Shown piece after piece: positions 1 to 10,601 of a stretch of DNA of 33,879 nt (position 1 is the first letter of the stretch; the number at the start of each line of letters is the position of its first letter). The position numbers were made by a program, and so were the translations under genes. Source of the stretch: Saprolegnia diclina VS20 (Eukaryota); assembly GCF_000281045.1 (NCBI RefSeq), contig NW_008246092.1, positions 30,389 to 64,267 on the forward strand. The letters are read 5' to 3'. The notes under the pieces are model-generated. The model was not told where the DNA came from. It did no database searches and saw only the letters and a program-made list of their open reading frames with translations.

Positions 1-41
1 TAAAATGCGAATTTTCCTTCGCGCGCGTGACGCAAGATGGT
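1..41. repeat. Terminal direct repeat, copy 1 (identical to 33839-33879)
   Basis: TAAAATGCGAATTTTCCTTCGCGCGCGTGACGCAAGATGGT occurs exactly at both window ends. Confidence 0.97.
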
Positions 42-70
42 AGATAGATCGGCTTGCAAAGACCATACAC

Positions 71-295
71 GCAGCCAATCGTCGCAACCAATCGCAGGCG
101 CGTGCATCGCATACGCGGATGTGATTGGATCCGCCTTCCCCATATAGCCAATCAAAAGCTGCAATACAAAAGATTGGCAAAAAGTATACAAGAGAGTGGA
201 ATTGGACCTGTGCGTCGGTGCGCGTCACGGACGCGGTTCCCCAATCTTGCTGCGCGAGCTTAACTTCGACATGGAGTTCCATTCTCCAATCCGCT
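71..295 (+). promoter_or_regulatory. Promoter of the RWP-RK gene: CCAAT box cluster plus oomycete Inr/FPR core element
   Basis: CCAAT/ATTGG at about 75, 88, 124, 148 and 173. CCATTCTCCAAT at 279-290 fits the oomycete YCATTYYNCAWT Inr+FPR consensus, ~25 nt upstream of ATG 314. Confidence 0.6.
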
Positions 296-313
296 ACAGT
301 TGTAAACGACCTC

Positions 314-1102
314 ATGGAACCTGCTGCTCGGTCCACACGCTGCTTGGTGGACATTAGCTCGTCCTCGTCGGCAAAGAAGCTCGTGGTCTCGCCGTCCAAG
401 AAGAAGCTCAGTCCCAACGCAACGCACAGCCTCTCCAAGCACATCACGATCGACATTTTGCGCCCGCACTTTGAGAAGCCGCTGGCCGAAGTCGCCAAGC
501 TCTTTGGCATTTGCACGACGCTCATGAAGAAGGTGTGCCGCCGCGTCGGCATCCCGCGCTGGCCGCACCGCCACATCCGCTCGCTGCGCAAGAGCATCCT
601 CTCGATGGAAACGGCCTCGACCATGTTTGAGGGCGAAGACCGCGCCGCGTACGACATTCAGATCCGGAAACAGCACCGCCGCCTCGCCATGCTGCTGCAC
701 AACCCAAACAGCATCGACCTCGAAGACGATGACGAGGGCTCGCTGCCCGACGAGCCAATGGTGTCGAGCCCGCCGTACCGGTCGTCGCACTCGTCGGCCA
801 CTGAGATCCAGCCCATCACAAAGCACGAAGCGCGCACGGAGCTTCCGAAGCTCAAGCCGTTTGACCTCTCGGTGCGCGAAATCAACTACATCAACTGCCA
901 TCCGCACTACCAGCCGTACGAGCACCATCATCATGCGATGCAGCAGCAACACACCGAGTACGCTTACGTGCCATCGCACTACTACGCGTACGACTATGCG
1001 CCACCGCAGGACCGCGCACCTTCGCCGCTCAAGACCTTTCCGTCGCTCACACAAGCGGCACCGCTCCCTACACTGCCGTCCATCTCCACCTGGTATTCTT
1101 AG
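314..1102 (+). CDS. RWP-RK (NIN-like) domain transcription factor
   Basis: ITIDILRPHFEKPLAEVAKLFGICTTLMKKVCRRVGIPRWPHRHIRSL is the RWP-RK signature. First ATG is at 314, just after an Inr/FPR element. Intronless. Confidence 0.92.
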   Translation: MEPAARSTRCLVDISSSSSAKKLVVSPSKKKLSPNATHSLSKHITIDILRPHFEKPLAEVAKLFGICTTLMKKVCRRVGIPRWPHRHIRSLRKSILSMETASTMFEGEDRAAYDIQIRKQHRRLAMLLHNPNSIDLEDDDEGSLPDEPMVSSPPYRSSHSSATEIQPITKHEARTELPKLKPFDLSVREINYINCHPHYQPYEHHHHAMQQQHTEYAYVPSHYYAYDYAPPQDRAPSPLKTFPSLTQAAPLPTLPSISTWYS

Positions 1103-2006
1103 TTATTTATTAGAAGACGGCAACAATTAATGCATGCACATTTTTATTCATTCCGCTTGTGCCCTGTGTCATGGACAGTGCACGCATCGATCGTTGTGGC
1201 TGCATACACTGCATTTGTCGAGTCGACCGTCGCACTCGGATCTTAGTTCGGCGCCATTTTGTACCGGCGAAGTCGCAACCACACTCGCTGGCTACTTGGC
1301 AGAAAGAACGCGTGGACCAAGCGCCCCACGTCCCGTCGTAGCCGTCGGCCACCGTTCCCGTCGATATCCGGAAAAGAACGTGCGCGGCGTATTCCCAGCA
1401 CGTGCGCGCATTGCGCGCAGCCTATGCAGTCGCCCACATGTGCTGTCTGTCGCTGTCCCTGCCAGCCCTCTTGTGTTTCGTGGACAAAGTACACCCACAC
1501 AGATGGTTGCGCCGTGTCCACAGCATCGTCCAGCCAGCCAGGCACAACCAACAAGCACCAAGCAGTCAAGCAGCAGCGAAGATCAACGATCTCCGACTGC
1601 ATAGAGCCGGCAATGGCTTTTTGCCGGCGTCGACAGCTTCAGCGTCGTGACGGGTTTTTCTTTTGCGTAGCACATGCGTTTGTACACGAAGCAGGTGCTT
1701 GAGATGGGCCTCGCGCACTACGTAAATGATGCTCTTCGTAAGCGCGTTGTGTTGACTAGGCAGCCCACACCGTGACATAGACAATGCCCTCACGATGACG
1801 TCATGCCATGACCGACTAACCGGATTTGCCACGGCTCTCGACTAGTCGGCTATGAACCGGTTAGACGTCGCAGTTAGTCGGTTTGAATTCGTGAGTCGGT
1901 TACTCTGTCGTATCCGGATTCGAAGAACTGGGGCGCCACCGGATAACGGGGTCGTGGAACGAATCGAAGTTGGCGTCGCCGTACAAGACGTTTGGTTATC
2001 GTCGAC

Positions 2007-4025
2007 ATGTCGGAGGCGAAGAAGGACCACCGCCAGCCCATCAAGCGCATGCTCAACGGCGTCAATGGCCGGCGCGCCCGTATGGACACGCAGGTAGATG
2101 CACGTGATGGTCGCCACGATGGCTCATATGCGCGCGGGCAGGTGTCGATCCGTAAGGCGCGCAAGGAGGACGGCTACAACCAGCGGCGCAACATGGCGGC
2201 GCAAGCCAAGGCGCTGGCTGAGTTGATGCCCAAAGAGAAGTCGCAGATGCTCCACGAGATTGCGCAGCGCTGCCAAGCGCTTCTCATCGGTCTCAAGCAC
2301 GCCGAAGCGGACGTGCGGCGAAAGAGCCTCCGCGCGTTCGTGTACCTCATGAGCTCGGGCGTGCCGCCTCTTTTTGACGATAGCGACCCGCAGCATATCC
2401 CGCTCTGGCAGACGATCCTCGCAGCGATTCCGTTCTTTGTTGGTGCGCTCGATCTCGCGGACGTCTCGATGCAGTCGGATGCGGCCTTTGCGCTGCGCTT
2501 CATTGCGTCCATGGACCGCTCACTGCACGTCGTTCAAAGCGGTGTCTTGCCCAAGATGGTCGTCTTGTTGCAGTGCGGTATCTCGGAGCTGCAAATTCAA
2601 GCGGCGTGGTGCCTCGGCAATGTCGCGAGCGAGTCCAAGGTCATGTGCGAGGCGGTCGTCGGGGTCTGCCCGCCACAAACCGTGCTTCCGCACATCCGCA
2701 TGAGCACACCAAGTCTACGCCGCGCGTCGGTCTGGCTCCTTCGTAGCATGATCGATATGCCGGAGCTCCTCGCGGGACTCGGCCTCCTCACGCCGCAACT
2801 CGAAACCGATGTCATGACGGTCCTCGCCAACGTAATGAAGCAGCTCGTCATTGAAAAAGCCAAGGCCCTTGCGAAAGAGCCGGCCGCGCCGTCGCCTGCG
2901 GTCGCGACGTGGCGCTACTTCCAGATGGACTCGGGACGCCCGGCGCCCAACGACATCGTGCTCGTGCGACTCATGCGCGAGATTGACGCGGCGACGGTCG
3001 AGGTCGTCGATGTCGATGTCAATTTCGAAACCGGCGAGTACTCGGTCTTTACGGTCCAAAAGTCTGCGCTCCGGCCGATGCAGACGATCGACGGCGACGA
3101 CGAGTCGGCCGAGGCTGACGACGACGCCACCGAGAGCCTCACCTTGGACGAGAAGGCGCTCACGCTCTGCGACTGCGCGTGGGCCATCATTGAAATGACG
3201 ACGCACAACAAGTCGCTCGTGTCGACCTTTGTGGCGACCGGCGTTTTGCCCAAGCTCGTCGAGCTCCTCCACTTGTATGCGTCCCCGATGCTCCTGCACC
3301 CGCTCTTGCAGCTCCTCGGGCAGATTTTGGCCATGGACGAGAGCCTCGCCGTCGTCGCGATCGAAGCGAAGCTCCTCCCCGCGCTCCCGCGTGTCCTCAA
3401 CTCGATGAGTCGCAGCATCCGCGAAGAGACGTGCTGGATCCTCGCGCACTTGACGACCGGGAGCGAGGCGCTCGTACGTCGTGCGCCCTCGAAAGAGGCA
3501 TCTCATATTGTTTGTATGGAGTAGCTGCACGCCGTGATCGACACGCCTGGAGTGGTTCCCGCTATCTTGGAGCAGCTCGCGTGGGCCGAGTACGACGTCA
3601 AGCATGAGGCCGCGTGGGCGACGTGCAGCCTTCTCGTGCGGGGCAACAGCAACGTCATTGGCGAGCTCGTGCGCCTTGGCGCGCTCGTGTCGCTATGCCC
3701 GCTCCTCGACAAGTACGAGGACCCGGCGATCGAGCTTGCGGTGCTCGAGGCGATTAGCAACGTCCTCCACGTCGGTCAGGAGACGAGCACCATCGACGCG
3801 GCCAAGCAGGCAGTCGAAGAAAGCGGATGCGTCGTCGCGATCGAGGACCTTTGCTACGATGAGAACGACGATGTCTCGGCGGCGGCGTCGTACGTTATGG
3901 ACAAGTGGTTCAGCGGCGACACCAACGACGAAGTGGACGCTACGCTTGCCCCAGGCGTCGCTGACGGCGAGCTCACATTCCAGCCCGCAACCGGCCCAGT
4001 CCAGTTTGACTTTACACAGAAGTAG
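2007..4025 (+). CDS. Divergent importin alpha (IBB domain + ARM repeats); exons ~2007-2093, 2142-3473, 3525-4025
   Basis: Removing the in-frame intron 2094-2141 gives an IBB-like RRARMDTQVSIRKARKEDGYNQRRNM. ARM repeats include QAAWCLGNVA, EETCWILAH and KHEAAWA. The C-terminal LAP...FQP...FDF tail is importin-alpha-like. GT-AG intron 3474-3524 joins the two ORFs in frame. Confidence 0.85.
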
Positions 4026-4629
4026 TGCGACTTGTTTATGGCCTTTCAAAAACGATGGATAGTACAGTTTTGAGTGCTCTCCCCAGCTATCTCATGGGCG
4101 CCTCGAGCCTCCAAAGACGAACGATGGACGAAGCTGCCACCCGGTGGATGCTACCAGTGCATGTAATCAAGAGACGTTGATTGAAGCACACTGTTGACAT
4201 GACAACGCGCGACCGGCGAGACGTGGGACATCGGACAGTCGCTCCCCCGAATGCACCGCGCGTCCGTGGCTCCTTCTGCGTCCCCATCATGTTTGATTGA
4301 TGGCATCGGAGATTCGAGATCCGGCCACCCTGGGGATTCCTTCCAGTCGGCCAGGCATCAATGACGATCTAATCGGCCGACGTCTCTACGGACGCTTGTG
4401 GTAGGGTTCCTGAGATGAACCCGCAGCATACTAGTACGAATCTCATGCGCGATTCCCGTGGTGCATCATGCGCCACCGGCGATCTTGACACCCATCGTTG
4501 TCTCTCATCTTCTGCTCGGCCGATGCGCGCTCGATCCGTCATTTCCTTGCCACATCGACGGTTGAGATGAGAGGAATTAACTTAATTATATAGATATACT
4601 TCGACCGCATACTAACGACTAGACAACGC

Positions 4630-6219
4630 TTAAATCTTGAGCGCGAATTCTTGGTTCCGGCGCACAATGTCGTGCGTCTCGCGCGCTTGCATCGAGAGCT
4701 GCATCATCTTCATCGCCATGGAGCGCGGGCTCGCATCGCGATAGGCCATCGGCCGCGGTTCGTAGACGTCGGTGCCAGGCGCAGACGAGCTCACAACTTG
4801 GAGGGGTACCACATGGGGGCTGTCTTCGCCGCCAAAGCTCTGCGAGCTGTCGTAGAGCCGCATGCGGGACATGCTGCCGACCTCTGTGCCGTCAAACGAC
4901 GTCGTGCCGGTCGCGAGCGGACCAGTGTAAAGCACTTGAACCTTGTCCTTGCTTTCGTCGTGAAGGCTTGCGACGGAGCTAGTTTGGTCGAGGTCGAGAC
5001 CCGAGTAAACCGACTCGTCCTCTTCTTCGTTGTCGAAATCCAAAATCGGACACACAGCGCCGTGCTGGGGCACGCTCGCGGCTTCGTTGACTATCGCATG
5101 GTCCGAGCCGTAGCTGCCGCTGAGACCGCGCTGGCTGTGCGCGACCGAGACAGACGAGAGCGACCGGCGCGACGTCAAGCTCGCGCGGTTGGCCGACAAG
5201 CATTTTTTGCAGTAGGGCTTCTTCGTGGCCCGAATCGACGTGCCGAGGAGCTCGACGACCTTCTTGTCCTCGACGCACGTTTTGCACGCGTCAAACTCGC
5301 AGAGCGAGCACTCGGCCCGTTCGCGCTTCCCGCCGGCAAACGACGCGAGACAACAGATGCACTCGCGGTTGCGCACGGCCGTGCCCCGGCGCGACCCCCG
5401 CGTCGACGCCGACTCGTCACAGCCCATGGTGGCCAACGAAAGACGCGCCGATTCGGCGCACTCGGACGAGCGGGCGGCCGACGAGAGGAAAGGAAGTGTC
5501 GTCATGTCGCTCATAAAGCCAGACATCTTGCCACACGCGTCGATACTGCAGTGCGTCATGACGAGCGTGTAGCCGTTGGAGACTTCGCGGAAGATGTGGC
5601 GGATGCTCATCTTGGCGCGGACGAGCGAGATCGCGTCGAGCGGCGGGCACTGGCCGACGTCGCACGAGTCCATAAAGCAGTAGCCGTACTCGAACGTGTT
5701 GCCGTTCTTGTCCGTGTTGCGCGCAATGCCCATCGACTCAAAGTAGCAAAAGTCGCGCGACTTGGACATCGAGCCACCGGGCCACTTGGTCGCGATCCAC
5801 TTGAGGCCATTGAAACGGAAGGGCGCCGCCTCGTCCTGGACGTCCATCGCATGCAGCACCTCGCAGTCGAGGTACTCCTTGGGCATGAGCAGCGCCGACT
5901 TGACGCGGAACGAGACCGAGTCGTGGGCGTAAATCCCGCGGAGCACCTCGAGAAGGTTGCCGCGGACGATACCGGTCGCCATGAGCTGATGGCCCGGGAT
6001 TGTCTTGCTCGGCTTCTTGGCCTTGTACAGCTTGAGGCCGTTGGCCTCGCGCACGTATTTCCACTTGCCGTGGATGTCTTTTGCCGTGTCTTCGCACTCG
6101 ACGATCGCGTTCTGAAGGAGTGATGATGCGACTCCGCGAAAATGGGCGTCCTGCGACGCCGAGAGGCGAAAGTCTGGAAACTTGTTGGCGCCGCTCGCGC
6201 TACCCCGAGACGTCGTCAT
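4630..6219 (-). CDS. START-like lipid-binding domain + degenerate FYVE-type zinc finger protein (oomycete-expanded family)
   Basis: 529 aa ORF. WKYVREANGLKLYK...GLKW...SRDFCYFE...CPPL...LVRA matches the oomycete START-like domain. It is followed by CICC...CSLC...CKTC...CKKC. Confidence 0.8.
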   Translation of the reverse strand: MTTSRGSASGANKFPDFRLSASQDAHFRGVASSLLQNAIVECEDTAKDIHGKWKYVREANGLKLYKAKKPSKTIPGHQLMATGIVRGNLLEVLRGIYAHDSVSFRVKSALLMPKEYLDCEVLHAMDVQDEAAPFRFNGLKWIATKWPGGSMSKSRDFCYFESMGIARNTDKNGNTFEYGYCFMDSCDVGQCPPLDAISLVRAKMSIRHIFREVSNGYTLVMTHCSIDACGKMSGFMSDMTTLPFLSSAARSSECAESARLSLATMGCDESASTRGSRRGTAVRNRECICCLASFAGGKRERAECSLCEFDACKTCVEDKKVVELLGTSIRATKKPYCKKCLSANRASLTSRRSLSSVSVAHSQRGLSGSYGSDHAIVNEAASVPQHGAVCPILDFDNEEEDESVYSGLDLDQTSSVASLHDESKDKVQVLYTGPLATGTTSFDGTEVGSMSRMRLYDSSQSFGGEDSPHVVPLQVVSSSAPGTDVYEPRPMAYRDASPRSMAMKMMQLSMQARETHDIVRRNQEFALKI

Positions 6220-6240
6220 GCTTCTTGAGAGTCAAAATAA

Positions 6241-6256
6241 AGAATTGCAAACTGGT
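6241..6256 (-). promoter_or_regulatory. Putative Inr/FPR core promoter element
   Basis: Minus strand reads CCAGTTTGCAATTCT, ~22 nt upstream of ATG 6219; resembles the oomycete Inr+FPR consensus. Confidence 0.45.
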
Positions 6257-7231
6257 AGCATCCCGCGTTGGTGCGCCAGAGGGTACGGCGTTGAGAGATT
6301 CCATTGGGCCGTCGCCAGAAAGGCCGACAGGTGCCACGACGTGTAACCGTTCGCGGCCGGATTCTAACAAGCCACTTCGCTGTGCGCACTCCCTGCCTTT
6401 ATCCCGCTATGAATCTGGCGCCGAATCTCGACGCCTACCACATGGTGCTGGACACGCGACCGGTCATTCCCAACGAAGTCGCCATCGCCCTCGAACGCGC
6501 GCGAGTCTTTTCACTTGCAAAGCGGCGCTGTAGGAGACACACAGAGAGGCGACCGTCACCAATCGTGCAAGCCCTCTGCCATCCCAACGCCGACCATGCG
6601 ACGGCGTACGCGCCGGATGGCAAACGGCAACTTGACAAACTTGACAAGTGCAATGTCAAGTGGGAAACGCCCGAGAAGTGCAACAGCAATGTGGCCGGGC
6701 GCGTTGAAGGCGGAATCTGCGCGGTGGACCCTGCTTCGTCGCGCCCACGACTGCAAAGAAGTCGCTCGCAAAGGCCGCGTCGCCGTGGTCCTGCGTTAGG
6801 TGCAAAGTCGTCGAGCAGCAGAGGTGGTCGCGCGGGATGATCGGCGATCGCAGAGGCGCCGCGTGTATCACACGTGGTCAAGGAAAAAGAATGGAACCAT
6901 CAACAGCGTAGACGGGAAGCAAAGGTTGGTCGCGCTCGGGCAAGGGCAGCAACACTCGCTTCTCGGAAGCAGCTGCCGACGTCTTTGGATGCTCCTCGAA
7001 GTCCGGCCTCCATCGCCTTCTCGCTAACTCATCCGATGCCGATCGACGCCAAATATGAGTTGTGTAATGTCCCCAACCGCCCAAGATTGGTAGCACGCTC
7101 CTGTGCAGTTGGAGCTGTACTACGATGACATGACTCGACGAAAATGGCAACTCTGAGCATGAGGAAGCTTTTGTTGCAGTCGGAGTGTACCATGAAGCAA
7201 GCAATCCTCGTCAATACTACATTACTTGCAT

Positions 7232-8917
7232 TTAGTTGTCTTCGTCGTCGTCCAAGTCGTCGTCGTCCTGGTCGTCGTCCTCCTCGTCGTCGTCCTCGTC
7301 GTCATCGTCGCCTTCATCATCGAAGGTGTTGAGCGGCACCGAGTAGATGCGCACGACGGGCTTGTTCGGGTCCTTCATCATGACGTACTTGCCTTCGGGC
7401 TGGTTGAGGAAGATGTCGACAAGCATCTTGACGATGCCCCACGCGTTGTTCTGGTTGAGCGACGTCTGCGCCGCAAAGTCGACGGGGTTGTAGCTCTGCG
7501 TGGCGAGAATCGTGTGGTTGAACGGGTCCTTGGCGTTCGCACGCGAAACGAAGCCGAGCTTCATCTGGTCAGCGCCCGCGAGGATCGCAGAGTGCGTCCA
7601 CTTGGCGATCTTGCACGAGTTGTTCTTGAGCTCCGTCGCGAGGAGCGCGCCGCGCTGAAGATCAATCTTCTTGCGCCACTCGACGCTGCCGCTGAGCTTC
7701 GGGTCCCACTCGTTAAGCGCAAAGGCAGCGACCGTCTGCTCGGCGCCGCTCTTGGTCGAGATCGCGTGGAGCTCGCAGCGCGCAACCATGGCGACCGTCT
7801 CCGAGAGCTGGAAGCGACGGTACTTGTACGCGATCGGCGCGAGGTTCTCGCCGCTGAACGGGTTGGCTTCGAACGTCTTGACAAAGTCGTCGTTGGCCTT
7901 GAGCACCTGCTGCGTAAACGCCTGGTTAATGAGCGTCGCCTCGAGGCTGAGGCGGTCCGGGTGGTTGATCGAGTCCGGATCGTCCGCGTTCGGCGTGTCG
8001 ATCGCCGTCTCGTTGACCGTCACCATGTCGAACGTCGACGCGTCGCGCTTGTCGAAGAAGAGCATGTTGCCGACGCGCTGGACGACAATGTCCCACGGGT
8101 ACACGGAGCGCGGCGAGGCCATGAGGTGCGAGAGGATCGCGTCCGTGGCAAAGACGGTGGCGGCACCCTCGGTCGCGAGCGCCTCGATGATCGGATCGTC
8201 CGTCGTCGTGACCGAGACAAACTCCTTGTCTTCGTGACGGCCGAGCGTCTTGGCGAAGCGCGTCGTGATGCGGTCGTACGTGTCGTCGTACTTGCGGAGC
8301 TTGCCGCACGTCTTGAGGTCCTCCGAGGCCGGGATGTTGGCCTGGAGCTTGACGAGCTGCGCGAGCTCGAACTGCTCGATCATCTTCCACGTCGTGTCGA
8401 CCTGCACACTCGCGACGCGCTCCTTCGTGTCGTTGTCGCGGCGCTTGTTGCCAAACATGCGGCGCGCCGTGTTGAGGCGGTCCCAACGCTTGTTCTGCTT
8501 TTGCTGGCCCTTCTTCATCTGCGTCGAGGTTTCGAGCGCGACAAGGCCCTTGTCCTTCGCCAGGTTGTTGCGGTTGTTGTTGCGGTTCGCCTGGAAGCGC
8601 TGCTGGCCCCACGTCGGGCGAAGACGCGTGTTGTTGCGGACCGCCTTGGCCGTGTCAACGAGCTGGAACGAGAGGTCCTCGACCGCGTCATGCTTGTACT
8701 GGAACTCGGCGTTGACGCCCGACGGGTCGTTGCTGCGCTGGAAGCGGCCCGGGCGACCGATCGCTTGGTTGTTCTGGCTGATGAAGTCGGCAGCCTTACC
8801 GAGCTTGTCGCTCTTGCCGAAGGGCGCGTACGGGATGTTGGCGAACTGCTTGGGGAGCGACGTCGGGCCCCAGCCCGCGCCGTTGACGCTGACGGACGGA
8901 GCAGTGTAAGCGGCCAT
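7232..8917 (-). CDS. EIF3D: Eukaryotic translation initiation factor 3 subunit D
   Basis: GWGP...PYAPFGKSDKLGKAADF, TTTDDPII, SPRSVYPWDIVV, FFDKRD, QRGALLATELKNN and GKYVMMKDPNKPVVRIY are eIF3d motifs. Acidic tail; ATG at 8917. Confidence 0.97.
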   Translation of the reverse strand: MAAYTAPSVSVNGAGWGPTSLPKQFANIPYAPFGKSDKLGKAADFISQNNQAIGRPGRFQRSNDPSGVNAEFQYKHDAVEDLSFQLVDTAKAVRNNTRLRPTWGQQRFQANRNNNRNNLAKDKGLVALETSTQMKKGQQKQNKRWDRLNTARRMFGNKRRDNDTKERVASVQVDTTWKMIEQFELAQLVKLQANIPASEDLKTCGKLRKYDDTYDRITTRFAKTLGRHEDKEFVSVTTTDDPIIEALATEGAATVFATDAILSHLMASPRSVYPWDIVVQRVGNMLFFDKRDASTFDMVTVNETAIDTPNADDPDSINHPDRLSLEATLINQAFTQQVLKANDDFVKTFEANPFSGENLAPIAYKYRRFQLSETVAMVARCELHAISTKSGAEQTVAAFALNEWDPKLSGSVEWRKKIDLQRGALLATELKNNSCKIAKWTHSAILAGADQMKLGFVSRANAKDPFNHTILATQSYNPVDFAAQTSLNQNNAWGIVKMLVDIFLNQPEGKYVMMKDPNKPVVRIYSVPLNTFDDEGDDDDEDDDEEDDDQDDDDLDDDEDN

Positions 8918-9377
8918 CTTGTGCAAGTCGTAGACTGCCAACCGATAGCCGATATGTGTTTTTATTGCCAAATTTAATGTTGCTACAAACACCAATATAA
9001 TTCAATGCTATAATCGGTCCCGCCAGTCATTGGCTAAAATCCTTGAGCAAGACCGCCAGTGAAATAGAATAGTGTGCATTTTTCTAAATAGTATTCCATA
9101 TGCACTTCGCAGTGTTGGCAGGACCATGGACGAAGCGTTTATCGGAGCCTCATACTAGTCTAGACATCTAGTGGATCTTAGATAGCTCAAGAGAAAGCGT
9201 GTAAATCCATGGAACGCCTCGAACCGCGAGACGCTCGGTGTCTCTGGTGCGATGCCTTGTGACACTATTCAAGGGTGGAGTGCCAGTATAGTGTATGTCC
9301 TTGTTCCAGGACATGGTGCGCTTGGATTAGGATCAGGTCGGGATCCCAAGATTCGCCCGGCCAGCATCGATCGCATT

Positions 9378-10601
9378 ATGAGTGTCAAGAAGCGCGTCCA
9401 GAAGCAAATGGAGTTCTACCTCAGTATGGCCAACCTCCGAAGCGACAAGTTCCTCCAGCAGTCCATGGATGACGAAGGCTACATGCCCATCGACGTCTTC
9501 CTCACCTTCAACCGGTACACGCAAGCTTCGGAGGACGTGCATGATCATTAGCACGAGTACTGTAGCATGAAAGCCATCGGAGCGACGACGCGCATTCTCA
9601 CGGACGCTATCCGCAAGTCGCCGATCATGGTGCTTAGCGACGACGAGGCGTACGTTCGTCCGACAGAGTTGCCCGACTATGACGACGACGACAGTATCGG
9701 TACGCATTGCATGCGCCGTCCACTCTACATATCTCTACAGAGCGAACCATCTACATTGAAAACTTCTCGGTGGGTTCGGACCACGACAGTCTTCGCAAAC
9801 TCTTCTCGCCCTTTGGCAAGGTACGCCAAGCGCGCTCGTGCCATGAGCCCACGCACGGATAGGTCAACCTCGTGAGCATGCCCCGCTTTGCAGGCTCGAG
9901 AAAGTTCAAAGGCTTTGCGTTCATCGAATTTGCCTCGGTTGATGTTGTCGCCCCAGTCCTCGCGGCTCTGAAGGCTCACAAGAAGACGACACCATCGCCG
10001 GACGCACCGCCGACGGCCGGCATCTCGGGCATGGCAAAGACACGCTGGGTCGCGCTGCGCGATAGCCTCAAAGCACAGATGGCCATGGCACACACGGACA
10101 CATCGTCCTGCAGCACGCTTCAGCATGCTGTCGAGAGCGCTTCCGCGGCGCCAACCCCCGACTTTTTCACCCGGGGCCTCCTGGTGCAGCTCACAAACGT
10201 GCCCGTGGAGACGCCTCGGAAGACGCTCAAGGCCGCGCTTGAAGTCGCTGCGCCCGTTGCCTTTCTCGACGACACCAAGCTCCGCGCCGGCGGATCCGTC
10301 GTCGTGGCGCGCTTCTTGTCGACGTCGCACTCGGCCAACGGTATATTTCTTGGTCAAGCATGGCGATCCCAATACATCTCACTGTATGGGAATAGTGCTG
10401 CGACATTTTGCCGCCCATCCGCTGCAGCTCCAAGACGTGACGATCGAGATGACGGGCATGACGGGCCTTGCCGAAGAGCAGTACTGGACGTCGCATGTCC
10501 ACCTTCAGTCGGCCAAGCAGGCGCAGAAGCGCGCCAAAGCGGACAACGACGACGAAGACACTTCGCATTCCAACAAACGCAAGAAGAGCGAATTCTATTA
10601 G
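9378..10601 (+). CDS. La-related protein, LARP7-like (La motif + RRM1 + C-terminal xRRM); exons ~9378-9514, 9566-9699, 9741-9820, 9863-10340, 10396-10601
   Basis: La motif QMEFYLSMANLRSDKFL...FLTFNRMK. RRM ERTIYIENF...VSMPRFAGSRKFKGFAFIEF. xRRM FTRGLLVQL...VARF...EEQYW. All four GT-AG introns keep the frame. Confidence 0.87.

Noticed and set aside
125..313. N-terminal extension of the RWP-RK ORF
   Set aside because: Non-ATG start, and it overlaps the CCAAT boxes and Inr/FPR promoter.
4651..6123. 490-aa plus-strand ORF
   Set aside because: Antisense shadow of the START/FYVE gene caused by high GC3; no motifs.
6304..6840. Possible small gene (MNLAPNLDAYHMVLD...)
   Set aside because: No recognisable domain and weak coding signal; cannot be supported, though not excluded.
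7240..7325. TCG/GAC trinucleotide runs (also ~19893 and ~22210)
   Set aside because: They encode poly-Asp/Glu tracts in proteins; not independent repeats or CRISPR arrays.
7226..8977. 583-aa plus-strand ORF
   Set aside because: Mirror of eIF3d on the opposite strand; R/V/L-rich shadow composition.
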